A DNA stretch of 64,000 nt from an uncultured Acidobacteriota bacterium (GCA_963825245.1 CAWGSJ010000013.1:226537-290536), one strand, 5' to 3'; counted from the first letter of the stretch, positions 9,651-19,946 are shown. A program made the numbers and translations. The notes: generated by a model not told the origin, from the sequence alone.

Positions 9651-10387
9651 TCCCGGCGAGCACTCCGAGATCCAGGCCGGCCAGTATTACGGCAGCAGCA
9701 TCCCGTACCTGCCGATCAACGGCTACCCGGGCAAGCTGATCGCCATCGAGGGAACGGACGGCGTCGGCCGCACGACGCAGATTCAGCTGCTGCGCGAGTG
9801 GCTCGAGGTGCGCGGCTACGGCGTCATCGAGACCGGCTGGACGCGGTCGCCGTTGATGCAGCCGACCATCGAGCTGGCCAAGTCCAGCAACACGCTGAAC
9901 AAGCTGACGTTCGTCCTGCTCTACGCGACCGACTTCGCCGATCGGCTCGAGAAGGAAATCATCCCGGCACTCAAGGCGGGCTTCGTCGTGCTGTCGGACC
10001 GCTACATCTTCACCGCGCTGGCCCGCGCCGGCGTCCGCGGCATCGATCGCGCCCTGGCTGCGCGGCCTGTACGGCTTCGCGATCGCGCCGCATATGGTCT
10101 TCTACCTGAAGGTCGACGTCGACACGCTGATCGGCCGCATCCTCGAATCGCGCGGCATGGACTTCTGGGAATCGGGCATGGACATGAAGGCGGCCGACGA
10201 TATCTACGACAGCTTCCGGCTGTACCAGAACAAGCTGCTGCGCGAGTACTCGTCGATGGCCGACGAGTTCCATTTCAGGACGGTCGACGCGCGGCGCTCG
10301 ATCGAGCAGATCCAGGACGAGCTGCGCAAGCAGATGTCCGCCTTCCTCGAACCGGTCGACAAACCCGCCGAAGCGCTCTCCCGCTGA
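9634..10387 (+). CDS. Second thymidylate-kinase-family paralogue with a degenerate P-loop (GVGRTT); 1 frameshift near 10070
   Basis: LIAIEGTDGVGRTTQ and SDRYIFTALAR; the C-terminal half (YLKVDVDTLIGRILESRGMDFWESGMDMK...) parallels Tmk-like 1 (YFRVPIDVSLDRLMARRVKLKFYEAGMDLGW...). Start overlaps the upstream gene by 17 nt. Confidence 0.6.
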
Positions 10388-10390
10388 CCG

Positions 10391-10457
10391 CTGTCGTTCG
10401 TCGTTCGCGGACATCTCCGCTCGTCCATCGTTCGAACGTCGAACGTCGAACGACACG
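10391..10457. terminator. Hairpin built from tandem heptamers, (GTCGTTC)x2 ... (GAACGTC)x2-GAACGAC, between convergent genes
   Basis: Left arm ctGTCGTTCGTCGTTCgcgg and right arm cgttcGAACGTCGAACGTCGAACGACacg are reverse complements; lies 3 nt after the tmk-like stop and 10 nt after the minus-strand small ORF stop. Confidence 0.5.
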
Positions 10458-10466
10458 CCAACACTC

Positions 10467-10625
10467 CTAGATTTCGCTGTCGTCCTCGGTCGGAGCTTCG
10501 TCCTCGCCTTGATCGCCGTCTTCGGCGCTCAGAACGTCTTCGTCGTCCTCAGCCTCGAAGGTGTCGCTTTCGATCTCCTCCCCCTCGATCACTTCGGAGG
10601 CAAGGTCGTCGTCATGCTCGTCCAT
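10467..10625 (-). CDS. Small highly acidic protein (52 aa; MDEHDDDLASEVIEGEEIESDTFEAEDDEDVLSAEDGDQGEDEAPTEDDSEI)
   Basis: ATG at 10625 preceded by GGGAGAG with a 6-nt spacer; below the 60-aa cutoff of the supplied ORF track; 29 of 52 residues are D or E. Confidence 0.4.
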   Translation of the reverse strand: MDEHDDDLASEVIEGEEIESDTFEAEDDEDVLSAEDGDQGEDEAPTEDDSEI

Positions 10626-10683
10626 TGATGGCTCTCCCGACCGTTTTCGCGATCATCTTACTCCCGGCGCTGGCGCACCCTTG

Positions 10684-10710
10684 TGATGCTGCCGTCACGC
10701 TCCGTTCACA
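10684..10710 (+). promoter_or_regulatory. PHO-box-like direct repeats (tgatgctGCCGTCACgcTCCGTTCACa) about 80 nt upstream of the phytase gene
   Basis: Two 8-mers 11 bp apart; TGCCGTCACGCT is identical to the copy upstream of the GDPD gene, and gatgctGCCGTCAC is identical to the copy upstream of phoD. Confidence 0.45.
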
Positions 10711-10788
10711 TCCGCTTTACCAGCGTGCGCTTAAATCGCGCGGCGGCTCGAGTCAGCCGCATCAGGCTTTCACTTTCAGGAGAGACCT

Positions 10789-12273
10789 ATGAAGCGGTTG
10801 ACGATGTGGACGCTGACGGTGGGGGTTGGTGTCGGTGTGATGGGCGCCGTCGGCGCCAGCGGCGACGGGCCGCTCGTGCTGACGCCGGTCGTCATGACGG
10901 CGCCGCTCTTCAACTACGAGGATGCGCCGGCGACGCCCGACGCGGACGATCCGGCGATCTGGGTCGACCGCGACAACCCCCGGCGCTCGCTGGTGATCGG
11001 CACGGCGAAGGACGCCGGCCTGCTCGTCTATGACATGTCCGGCCAGCTGGTGCAGGCACTGCTGCCGCCGAACGCGCCCCACGTCTCGCCCGCGGATCCG
11101 GCGACACCGGCGGGGATCAACCTGAACCCGGACAAGCCGTGCGCGGGCAGCGACAGCCAGGAGACGTTCGGACGCTTCAACAACGTGGACATCGCGTACG
11201 GCGTGCGCCTCGGGGCGCGCTCCGGCCGAGTCGACGTGGCGGTGGTGTCGGATCGCGGTTGCGACCGGGTGCGCTTCTACAAGATCGATCCTGCGGATCC
11301 GGACGGCCCGCTCGTCGACATCACCGCCCCGAACGTGCCGCGTGTCTTCCCGGTTCGGTTCGAGCAGCCGTCAGTCCTCCAGCCGTCGGGGGCGATGGAG
11401 GGTTGGCGCGACAACCCCGTGGACGATCAGAACACGGTGTACGGCCTGACGGTGTCCCAGGGCGACGTCGACGAAATCTTTGTGTCCGAACGCGAGCGCG
11501 GGCTGGTACGTCAGCTCCAGATCGTTGCCGCGCCAGGCGGGACACTGACGTATCGACCAATTCGGACATTCCTGTTCAAGACGTCGTTCCGGCTCCGGAA
11601 CGAGCTTGGCGCGCCCTACGACTGGACGCCATGCCGAGAAGCCGCACTCGAGGAACCCCAATCCGAGGGCCTCGTGTTCGATCGAGCGAACCAGACCCTC
11701 TATGTCGCCTTCGAGACGATCGGTCTCTACAAGCTGCCGCTGAGCAGGTCGACCCCGGCAATTGTCACCGTGACCGGCAATCACCTGATCGAGCCGGTGA
11801 AGTCGTTCGGCCAGGCGTATCACGCCACTCCGGACGATGACGAGTTCGAGTGCGCGTACAGCCCGGCCGATCCGCCCGCACCCGGCGACGTTGTGGCGAC
11901 CGGCTCCGATGCCAACGCCGGCCGCTTCCTGGATGCCGACCTGGAGGGCTTGAGCATCATCGCGAGCATTCCCGGCCGGACGCTGCTGCTGGCATCGAGC
12001 CAGGGCGATTCGAGCTTTCATTTCTACGATCTCAGCCGGACGCGCACAATGCATCGCGGCGAGTTCTTCGTTGAGGGGGTGGGCGACACCGACGGCGTGC
12101 ACTACGTGCCGGTGCCGATCGGAAACCAGTACCCGCTCGGGCTGCTCGTCATCCAGAACGGCGAGGCCCCCGAACCCCCGGATACCGGCGACGTCAACGG
12201 CTTCGAGTTCGACGGGGCGACGCAGTTCCTCTACCTGGACTTCGCGGACGCGTTGAAGGCCCTGATCCCGTAG
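10789..12273 (+). CDS. Secreted beta-propeller phytase (3-phytase)
   Basis: Signal peptide (MKRLTMWTLTVGVGVGVMGAVGA); DDPAIWVD and repeated beta-propeller phytase motifs; GGAGAG RBS. Confidence 0.7.
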   Translation: MKRLTMWTLTVGVGVGVMGAVGASGDGPLVLTPVVMTAPLFNYEDAPATPDADDPAIWVDRDNPRRSLVIGTAKDAGLLVYDMSGQLVQALLPPNAPHVSPADPATPAGINLNPDKPCAGSDSQETFGRFNNVDIAYGVRLGARSGRVDVAVVSDRGCDRVRFYKIDPADPDGPLVDITAPNVPRVFPVRFEQPSVLQPSGAMEGWRDNPVDDQNTVYGLTVSQGDVDEIFVSERERGLVRQLQIVAAPGGTLTYRPIRTFLFKTSFRLRNELGAPYDWTPCREAALEEPQSEGLVFDRANQTLYVAFETIGLYKLPLSRSTPAIVTVTGNHLIEPVKSFGQAYHATPDDDEFECAYSPADPPAPGDVVATGSDANAGRFLDADLEGLSIIASIPGRTLLLASSQGDSSFHFYDLSRTRTMHRGEFFVEGVGDTDGVHYVPVPIGNQYPLGLLVIQNGEAPEPPDTGDVNGFEFDGATQFLYLDFADALKALIP

Positions 12274-12283
12274 TTGTCGATTT

Positions 12284-12313
12284 GTTGATGCTGCCGTCAC
12301 CGGTCCGTCGCAG
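12284..12313 (+). promoter_or_regulatory. PHO-box-like direct repeats (ttgatgctGCCGTCACcggTCCGTCGCA) upstream of phoD
   Basis: Same motif and 11-bp phasing as at 10684 and 21500; 35 nt upstream of the phoD ATG. Confidence 0.45.
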
Positions 12314-12346
12314 GCTTCGACCATCCTCTGGCCATCCGGAGGAACC

Positions 12347-13622
12347 ATGGCTCTGTCGAAATCACGCGCATCGTCGATTGATCGACGACGTTTTCTGCAG
12401 TACACGTGGCAGGGCGTCGGGACGAGCCTGTCGCTGGCGCTCGTCTCCGGCCGCGAGCTGTTTGCGGCCCCCTCGCTCGGAAGGAATCCGTTCACGCTGG
12501 GCGTCGCCTCGGGGGATCCCTCCTCGGAGGGGATCGTGCTCTGGACGCGGCTCGCGCCCGAGCCAGCCAATCCGGCAAGCCTCGGCCGTCGGTCGATCCC
12601 CGTTGGCTGGCGCGTCGCCACCGACAGCCACATGCGTCACCTCGTTGCCCGCGGCCATGCCGTCGCCTCTCCCGAGCTCGCACATTCAGTGCACGTGGAA
12701 GTGGATGGCCTGGAGCCCGAGCGCGACTACTTCTATCAGTTCGACCTGCGCGACGAGGAGAGCCGCATCGGGCACTTCCGCACCACGCCTGCGCCGCACG
12801 AGCATGTCCGGCAGCTGCAGTTCGCCTTCGCCACCTGCCAGGACTGGCCGAGCGGCTTTTACACGGCATACCGGGACATGCTGCAGAACGATCTCGACGT
12901 GGTGCTCCACCTGGGCGACTACACCTACGAGTACGCGATCGGCGGCATGACCGGGCGTGGGATGCCGGTCCCGAGCGGATTCGGGCGGGACCGTGGACCT
13001 CGAAACCTACCGCCTGCGGCGAGGCGCTGCGATGCGCCGAAGCGTTGACGGGCAGTTATACGATGCTCGGAGAGGACCAGGAACGCTGGCTCGCGCGCGG
13101 TTTTCGTCAATCGCTCGCGCGCTGGAACTTCGTCGCGCAGCAGCTCCTGATCGCCGAGCTGGAGCACACGCTGCCCGGTACCCTGACGAGTGGTACTGGA
13201 ACGACGCATGGGATGGCTACCCGCTCGCGCGCAAGCGGATGCTGACCGATGTGGTCCAGAGCCGCGTCAGCAACCCGGTCTTCCTGACCGGCGACTGGCA
13301 CTCGACGTTCGCGAACGAGTTGAAGCTGGACTTCAAGAATCAGGCCTCACCAGCCGTGGCGACCGAATTCGTGACGCCGGCCATCACCACCGGCGGCGAC
13401 GGCACACCCTACGGTCCGTACTACTCGCCGATGATCCCGTTCAACCCGCACATCAAGTGCTACGAAGGCGACAAGCGCGGGTACTTCAAGGCGACCGTCA
13501 CGCCTCGAGAGACCCGGCTCGATCTCCGGTTCGTCACGAGCGTGGAAGATCCGAATGGAGTGGGTTACACGGAGCGATCGTTCGTCGTCGAAGACGGCAG
13601 GCCTGTCATCGAGATGTCCTGA
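12347..13622 (+). CDS. phoD: Alkaline phosphatase D family (PhoD), Tat-secreted; about 3 frameshifts
   Basis: Twin-arginine signal (RRRFLQYTWQGVGTSLSLALVSG); LGVASGDPS, HLGDYTYEY and C-terminal LTGDWHSTFANEL ... FVTPAITTGGDG are PhoD signatures; the pieces lie in 3 frames. Confidence 0.75.
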
Positions 13623-13632
13623 GGCGATCGGT

Positions 13633-14130
13633 TTACTCGACCAGGGCGTGGCGATAGATCCAGAACGTCAGGATGCCGGTCGCGGCCAGCGACGCCACTG
13701 TTCGGACATGGTTCCACGCCGTCCAGCTCCGCAAGTACTCGCTCCAGAGACGGGCGGCTGACTCGGTCTGCGGATCAGCGGCTGCCAGCTGGTTGTTGCG
13801 GGGCACGTTGAAGGCCATCGTGACAAGGAAGGAGCCGACAAGATAGACGGCGCCACCGGCGATCAGGTAGCCGGCGCCGGACGCCGGCGGTGAGATGAGC
13901 GCGACGGCGATCAGAAAGAGGCACACGACAGCTGTCCCTAGAAAGACGCTCATGAACACCGGCGTGATCGCGCGAACATTGACCGACTGCATCGCGGCGA
14001 TGCCCTGCGGCGCCGGCAGTCGGGCGAGCGCGCTCATGACGAACGACGAGAATGCGAGGAACACGCCCGCCATCAGGCCACATCCGAGCGTGGCGCAGAA
14101 GGCCGCGGCGATGAGCACGGGCGCGCTCAT
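13633..14130 (-). CDS. DUF1772-family (anthrone-oxygenase-like) membrane protein
   Basis: Intact 165-aa ORF with 4 hydrophobic helices; pattern typical of DUF1772. Confidence 0.45.
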   Translation of the reverse strand: MSAPVLIAAAFCATLGCGLMAGVFLAFSSFVMSALARLPAPQGIAAMQSVNVRAITPVFMSVFLGTAVVCLFLIAVALISPPASGAGYLIAGGAVYLVGSFLVTMAFNVPRNNQLAAADPQTESAARLWSEYLRSWTAWNHVRTVASLAATGILTFWIYRHALVE

Positions 14131-14133
14131 GAG

Positions 14134-14637
14134 CTATCGAGGAGCCACGTTGGCGATCTCGTCGAGGCGCTCCTGCAAGGCGAGGCCGCTCAACTTGTCG
14201 AGCGGCAGGCTGGCGAAGAGCTCGATCCGGCGGCGCAGCGTGATGAACGCGTCGAAGAACAGTTTCCGGCGGTCTTCACCAGGCAGCACAGCGCCTGCTG
14301 GATCCGGGATGCTCCAATGGGTCTTGGCCGGCCGGCCCGGCCAGACCGGGCAGACCTCGCACGCCGCCTGGTCGCACACCGTGATCACGAACTCCATGTG
14401 CGGGCCGCCGGCGGCACCGAATTCATCCCATGACTTGCTGCGCAGCCCCTCGACCGACAGGCGCTGACTCCGCAGCAAATCCAGGGCGAACGGGTGAACC
14501 TCGCCCTTCGGATGACTCCCGGCGCTGAAACCGCGAAACTTGCCGGCGGGAAGAGGCAGCTGATTCATCAGCGCTTCGGCGAGGATCGACCGCGCGCTGT
14601 TGCCTGTGCACAGGAAGAGGACCTTGAGAGGCGCCAT
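14134..14637 (-). CDS. arsC: Arsenate reductase, LMW-PTP family (thioredoxin-coupled ArsC)
   Basis: VLFLCTGNSARSILAEAL (CX5R P-loop) plus downstream Cys residues; likely start at MAPLKVLF. Confidence 0.7.
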   Translation of the reverse strand: MAPLKVLFLCTGNSARSILAEALMNQLPLPAGKFRGFSAGSHPKGEVHPFALDLLRSQRLSVEGLRSKSWDEFGAAGGPHMEFVITVCDQAACEVCPVWPGRPAKTHWSIPDPAGAVLPGEDRRKLFFDAFITLRRRIELFASLPLDKLSGLALQERLDEIANVAPR

Positions 14638-14700
14638 TGGTGCCGAAGCTTTTACCACCCGGGCGCGACAGACTTGTAAACAAAGTCACGGCAGCGAGAG

Positions 14701-16131
14701 CTACAAGAGCGTTCCCCGCAGCACGACGAGCGCGACCGAGAAGTAAATCACCAGTCCCGTGACGTCGACCAGCGTCGCCACAAACGGCGCTGAAGACGCC
14801 GCCGGATCGAATCCGAGACGTTTCAGCAGAAACGGCAGCAGCGATCCGCTGAGCGTGCCCCAGAGAACGACACCAACCAGCGACACCGAAACGGTGACCG
14901 CCACGAGCAGCCAGTGCGGACCGTAGATATCCGAGAACGCGGACCACAAGCTGATGCGCAGGAACCCGATGCTGCCGAGGATCGCCCCGAGCGCCAAGCC
15001 AGCCAGGACCTCGCGCCGCATGACGCGCCACCAGTCGCGGACGCCGACCTCCCCCAGCGCCAGTGCGCGAATGACGAGGGTGGCGGCCTGCGACCCCGAG
15101 TTGCCGCCGCTCGAGATGATCAGCGGCACGAACAGCGCCAGCACGACCGCCTTCGAGATCTCCGCTTCAAACACGCCCATCGCGGTGGCGGTGAGCATCT
15201 CCCCCAGGAACAGCGCGGTCAGCCACCCGGCCCGCTTTTGAATCATCCGCCCGAACGCGATGCTGATGTACGGCTCGTCGAGTGCTTCCGAGCCGCCGAT
15301 GCGCTGAATGTCGCGGGTCGCGGTCGCTTCGGCGACGTCGAGCACGTCGTCGATGGTCACGATGCCGATCAGCATGCCCGCGGTGTCGGTGACCGGCAGC
15401 GCGGTGCGATCGTACTGACGGAACACGCCGACGGCGGTTTCCTGATCGTCGGTGGCCTTCAACGCCACGAAACGGCGATCCATCAGCTCCGCAACGCGGC
15501 GATCGAGCGGCGCCAGCAGGAACTCTCGGATGCGCACGTCGTCAACCAGGAGATTGCGGCTGTCGACGACGTAGATCACGTTCAGCGTCTCGCTGTCCTG
15601 CCCGTGGGCGCGGACGTAGTCGAGGACCTCGCGGACCGTCCACTCCTCGCGGGCGGCGACATAATTCGGCGTCATCAGCCGGCCGACCGAGTGTTCTGGA
15701 TAGCCGAGCAGCGTCACCGCAACCGCACGCTCGGCCGGCGTCAGCAGCGCCAGCAGCTGCCGCGTCGCCTCGGCCGGCAGCTCTTCGAGGAACAGGGTCC
15801 GATCATCCGGCGCCATGTTGTTCAGCAATCCGGCGACGTCGTCCTGCGCCATCCCTTTCAGCAGCGCTTCCTGCGACTCCTGCGACAGATATTGGAATAC
15901 CGCTGCCGCATCCTTGCGCGGCATCACCCGAAAGACGACGACCTGATCCTCGAGGCTCAGCGCGGTGAGCAATGTGGCGACATCGCCGGCTTCGCGGTTG
16001 CGGAGCATGTCGCGCAGCCGCGCGTAGTCGCGCGCCCGCAGCACCTCGGCAAGTTCTTCGGCCGGCCTGGCGATCTCGCGAATCGCCGCAACCGCCTCCT
16101 CCCGATGGGGACCATTCAGCTGTTCTTCCAT
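14701..16131 (-). CDS. mgtE: Magnesium transporter MgtE (MgtE_N, 2x CBS, TM domain)
   Basis: MgtE_N (DVATLLTALSLEDQVVVFRVMP), CBS pair, and TM domain with PLIISSGGNSGSQAATLVIRALALGEV. In this assembly it is continuous with the upstream ORF (no stop before 16131). Confidence 0.75.
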   Translation of the reverse strand: MEEQLNGPHREEAVAAIREIARPAEELAEVLRARDYARLRDMLRNREAGDVATLLTALSLEDQVVVFRVMPRKDAAAVFQYLSQESQEALLKGMAQDDVAGLLNNMAPDDRTLFLEELPAEATRQLLALLTPAERAVAVTLLGYPEHSVGRLMTPNYVAAREEWTVREVLDYVRAHGQDSETLNVIYVVDSRNLLVDDVRIREFLLAPLDRRVAELMDRRFVALKATDDQETAVGVFRQYDRTALPVTDTAGMLIGIVTIDDVLDVAEATATRDIQRIGGSEALDEPYISIAFGRMIQKRAGWLTALFLGEMLTATAMGVFEAEISKAVVLALFVPLIISSGGNSGSQAATLVIRALALGEVGVRDWWRVMRREVLAGLALGAILGSIGFLRISLWSAFSDIYGPHWLLVAVTVSVSLVGVVLWGTLSGSLLPFLLKRLGFDPAASSAPFVATLVDVTGLVIYFSVALVVLRGTLL

Positions 16132-18231
16132 TTGCTTCAGCGCTGCTCTGACGACGTCGGCGTGATGCACGTGCGGACCGACAGCCTTGACGGCGTCGAG
16201 CCACAAGCGGTGAATCAGATCGAGGTCGCCGGAAGTGAAGGACGGGGGATGAGCTCCGAGATGATAGGTGTCCGATCGGCCGCTGCGGTGGTGGATCACC
16301 AGCCTGACGTCGAGCGCGTCGGGCTTGTCGGCCCGCTCCCAGGCCTCGCCGAGCAGGCGCGCCTGGTCTGCGGCGGAGAGCGTCGCCGACTCGCCGACGA
16401 ACACGTCCGACGCGCGAAGGCGAATCACGGCGCCGACGATCGCGTCGACCACGCTGCGGGTGGGAACAATCAGCAGCCGCACCGGCCGGCCAACCCGTTC
16501 GGCGAGTGCGACGACGTCCGAGAGCAGCTTCCGCTCGTAGGAAGTCGGCGTGGTCCTCCCCGCGTCTTCCTCGTTGACGTCGACGTCGAGCAGACGCGCC
16601 GTCATGACGACGACGTCGCGATCGCCGGGCGTCTGCAGAGCCGCCATGACATGCGCCAGCAGGTGCGGGTTGCGCACCGGCACCAGCAGGCTGCCGGGAC
16701 GCGCTTCGATCTGGTCGGGCGAAAGCTCGGCGGCGAGCATCAGGTCGAACGCGGTTTCATCCGTGCCGATATCGACTGGCGGCCGGTGGCGAGCCGCCAC
16801 GGTGAACCACGCCGCGAGCATCGTCATCAGCGTCACGGCGGCGATCGCAGCGATATCGCCGGTGACGATCATCCCGACCGCGCAGGCGACGGCCACCGCG
16901 CGCGCGACGACGAGCCCGGCAGCGAAGTGCCGGCGGCCGACACGGAGGTCGCCTGGGGCGGTGTAGGGCGTCGGCCCCTGGCGCGCACGGCGGAGGCGCA
17001 TGATTGCGGCAATCGACAGCACCAGGGTGGTCGCGATTGCCACGCCATAGGCGCGTGCCAGCCACGACACTCGCCCGCCGCTCGCGAGCACCGCGACCGT
17101 CGTCGCCATCACCGTGAGGTCGATGGCGCGTGCCGGCGTGCCAAAGCGGCTGTGCAGCGACGTGAGACCAGGGGGGAGGGTGCCTTCCGCCGAGAAGCGA
17201 TGCATCATCTGCTCGGCGTCGATCACTGACGCGTGAGCGGCCGGCAGCAGCACCAGCGCCGCAGCCAGCGCCAGGGCGAGCGCGACGAGGTTCCGCACCG
17301 ACGCCGGGGCCGCGAGATGCTGCGACAGCCCGGCTAGCGGCGCATTGGCCCATACCTCCTGTTCACTGGCCGGGACGAGCCAGACGAAGAGGAACGTTCC
17401 CAAGACAGTCGCCACGACGGTGAACAGAACCGTGGCGATGGCGGTTCGTCGCAGCGCCTGCACGCGGGGCGGCGGGAGCTCGGGGGCCGCGTGGGAGAGC
17501 GCTTCCCCGCCGCCGACGACCGGCAGCGTCAGGGCGAATCCGAGCAGCCACGCCAACGCCGTATCAGCCGGAAACCATCCGGTTCTCGCCACTGGCGCCG
17601 GCAGGACCAGCGACGAAGAGACGGCGCCGTGACGCGCCAGCGTGACAAGAGCCCAGACGATCGTGACGAGGACGATGCCAACCCCAATCCAGCTCGCCCG
17701 CGCAAGCGCGTCGCGGCCAATCTCTCGCCCGAGCCGAGTCTGCAGCCACAGCACGCCGAGCGCGCCCATCGCAATCAGGGTCGCCAGATCCTCGGCCCGG
17801 AGATATCCGGTCAAGCTGCGGCCGGCGATCGCCGATGCCGCCACGCTGGCGGCGTAATGTCCGATCAGCACGCACGCCAGTGCGCCGAGCAGGATGCGCT
17901 CCACCAGCGCCGCCGCCTTCGCGACTCCGGCGGCGCGCGGTCCGAACGCACGCGTCACCGAGCCGACGAATCCACCGGGAATCAGCAGCGACCAGCTTTC
18001 GATGTCGACCGATCGTGCGAACGCGGCGAGCACCGCGGCGGCGAGCACGAACCAGCCGGCGGAATCGCCTACTGCCGCCCGCGCCAGACCCGAGATGAAA
18101 AACACGGCGACGCCGAATTGCGCGATCGCCAGTGCGGCGGCCTTCCACACCGACATGAACGGCAGGAACGCCGTCGCCGACAGGACGACGCGAATCGGAT
18201 GACGGGACCGGATGGGTGAGAACGGAGCCAT
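16132..18231 (-). CDS. APC-superfamily permease with a C-terminal USP-like domain
   Basis: About 12 TM helices, then VVVMTARLLDVD ... VGRPVRLLIVPT ... VFVGES (UspA-like). Same reading frame as mgtE; fusion versus lost stop is unresolved. Confidence 0.55.
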
Positions 18232-18265
18232 CGGGGGCCAACGGGCGGCTTGCCGCCCAGCATGG

Positions 18266-19656
18266 TCAGTGGATGCTTTGCTTGCCGGAGAATTCCTTGA
18301 CGACTTCCCCGATGACGGCCTTCGCGTCGCCGAACAGCATCAGCGTGTTGTCGGCGAAGTAGAGCTCGTTCTCGATCCCCGCGAAGCCGGGGTTCATGCT
18401 GCGCTTGATGGCGATGACGGTCCTGGCCTTGTCGGCGTCGATAATCGGCATGCCGTAGATGGGGCTCTTCGGATCGTTGCGCGCGGCCGGATTCACGACG
18501 TCATTCGCCCCGATGACGACCGCCACGTCGACCTGGGGCATCTCCGGGTTGATGTCGTCCATCTCGACGAGGCTTTCGTACGGGATTTCCGCCTCGGCGA
18601 GCAGCACGTTCATGTGGCCGGGCATCCGGCCGGCAACGGGATGGATCGCGAACTTCACGTTGACGCCGCGCTTGGCGAGCTCGTCGCGCAGGTCGCGGAC
18701 GCGGTGCTGGGCCTGGGCGACCGCCATCCCGTAACCCGGGATGAAGACAACGGTGTTCGCGTTCTCGAGCAGGTGCATCACGTCCTCGGGCGTCGCCGAC
18801 TTCGCGGTCCGCTGTTCGACCGCTCCAGCGGCCGCCTGCACCTGGCCGAAGGCGCCGAACAGCACGTTGGCGAACGAACGGTTCATCGCGCGGCACATGA
18901 TGATCGACAGGATCAGGCCAGACGATCCGTCGAGCGCGCCGGCCGTGATGAGCAGCTTGTTTTCCAGCACGAACCCCATCGCCACGGCCGACAGGCCGGC
19001 ATACGCGTTCAGCAGCGAGATGACCGTCGGCATATCGGCCCCGCCGATCGGCAGGACGAGCAGGACGCCGAAGAGGAGCGACAGCACGATCACGATCGGA
19101 AACAGCCACGACGTGGCCGGCCGGAACACCAGCACGATCGCCATCACGATCGCGACGCCGAGCAGGCCCAGATTGATCACGTTCTGGTTGCGATAGGTCA
19201 GCGGCCGCGTCGGCAGGACTTCCTGCAGCTTGCCCGCGGCCATCAGGCTGCCGGTGCAGGTCAGATAGCCGAGCAGCACTTCAGCACCGATCGCGGCCAT
19301 GCGGAAGGTCGTCAACTGGCCTTCGTCGAGCCAGGTGTAGTACTTGGCGGTGCCGACCAGGCCCGCTGCCAGGCCGCCGAACGCATGCGAGAGCGCCGTC
19401 CGCTGCGGCACCGCCGTAAGCGGCACCCACGACAGCGGGACGCCGACCAGCGTGCCCGCCACCACCGCGATGGCGATCCAGTGATACGCGACGATGTGCG
19501 GGTAGAGGAGCGTGCCGGCAACGGCGAGCACCATCGCCCCGACGCCCGCAAAGACACCGCGGCGCGCGGTATCGGGTCGCTCATCCACTTCAACGACAGG
19601 ATGAACGCGCCGGCGGAGACGAGGTAAATGAGCTGGGTGAGCTGCTCGACGGTCAC
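18266..19656 (-). CDS. pntB: NAD(P) transhydrogenase subunit beta (1 frameshift near 19575)
   Basis: N-terminus MTVEQLTQLIYLVSAGAFILSLKWMSDP in one frame, the remainder (GGADMPTVISLLNAYAGLSA ... IPGYGMAVAQAQH ... HPVAGRMPGHMNVLLAEA) in another; strong match to E. coli PntB. Confidence 0.85.
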
Positions 19657-19946
19657 TTCGCCGGCTCGCGTTTCTTGAACATCTTCAGCATCCGATCGGT
19701 GATCAGAAAGCCGCTGACGATGTTGGTCGTGGACGCGAACACGGCGACGGCGCCAAGGACGGTGCTGAGCGTGGTGTGCTGCTCGCCGGTGATGATGATG
19801 GCGCCGACGATGGCAATCGCCGAGATGGCGTTGGTCAGTGACATCAGCGGCGTATGGAGCAGCCGCGAGACCCGCCGGATGACGTCCAGCCCGATGAACG
19901 TCGCGAGCATGAACACGAACAAGCCGGAGATGAAGTCGAGCTGCAT
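19653..19946 (-). CDS. pntA: NAD(P) transhydrogenase alpha subunit part 2 (small membrane subunit)
   Basis: 97-aa, 3-TM protein directly upstream of pntB with a 4-nt overlap; typical PntAB layout. Confidence 0.75.
   Translation of the reverse strand: MQLDFISGLFVFMLATFIGLDVIRRVSRLLHTPLMSLTNAISAIAIVGAIIITGEQHTTLSTVLGAVAVFASTTNIVSGFLITDRMLKMFKKREPAK

Noticed and set aside
14914-17229. 771-aa ORF on the plus strand
   Set aside because: It is antisense to the clearly homologous MgtE and APC permease genes and its translation is low-complexity and rich in R, H, D and G. This is a typical GC-bias artefact.
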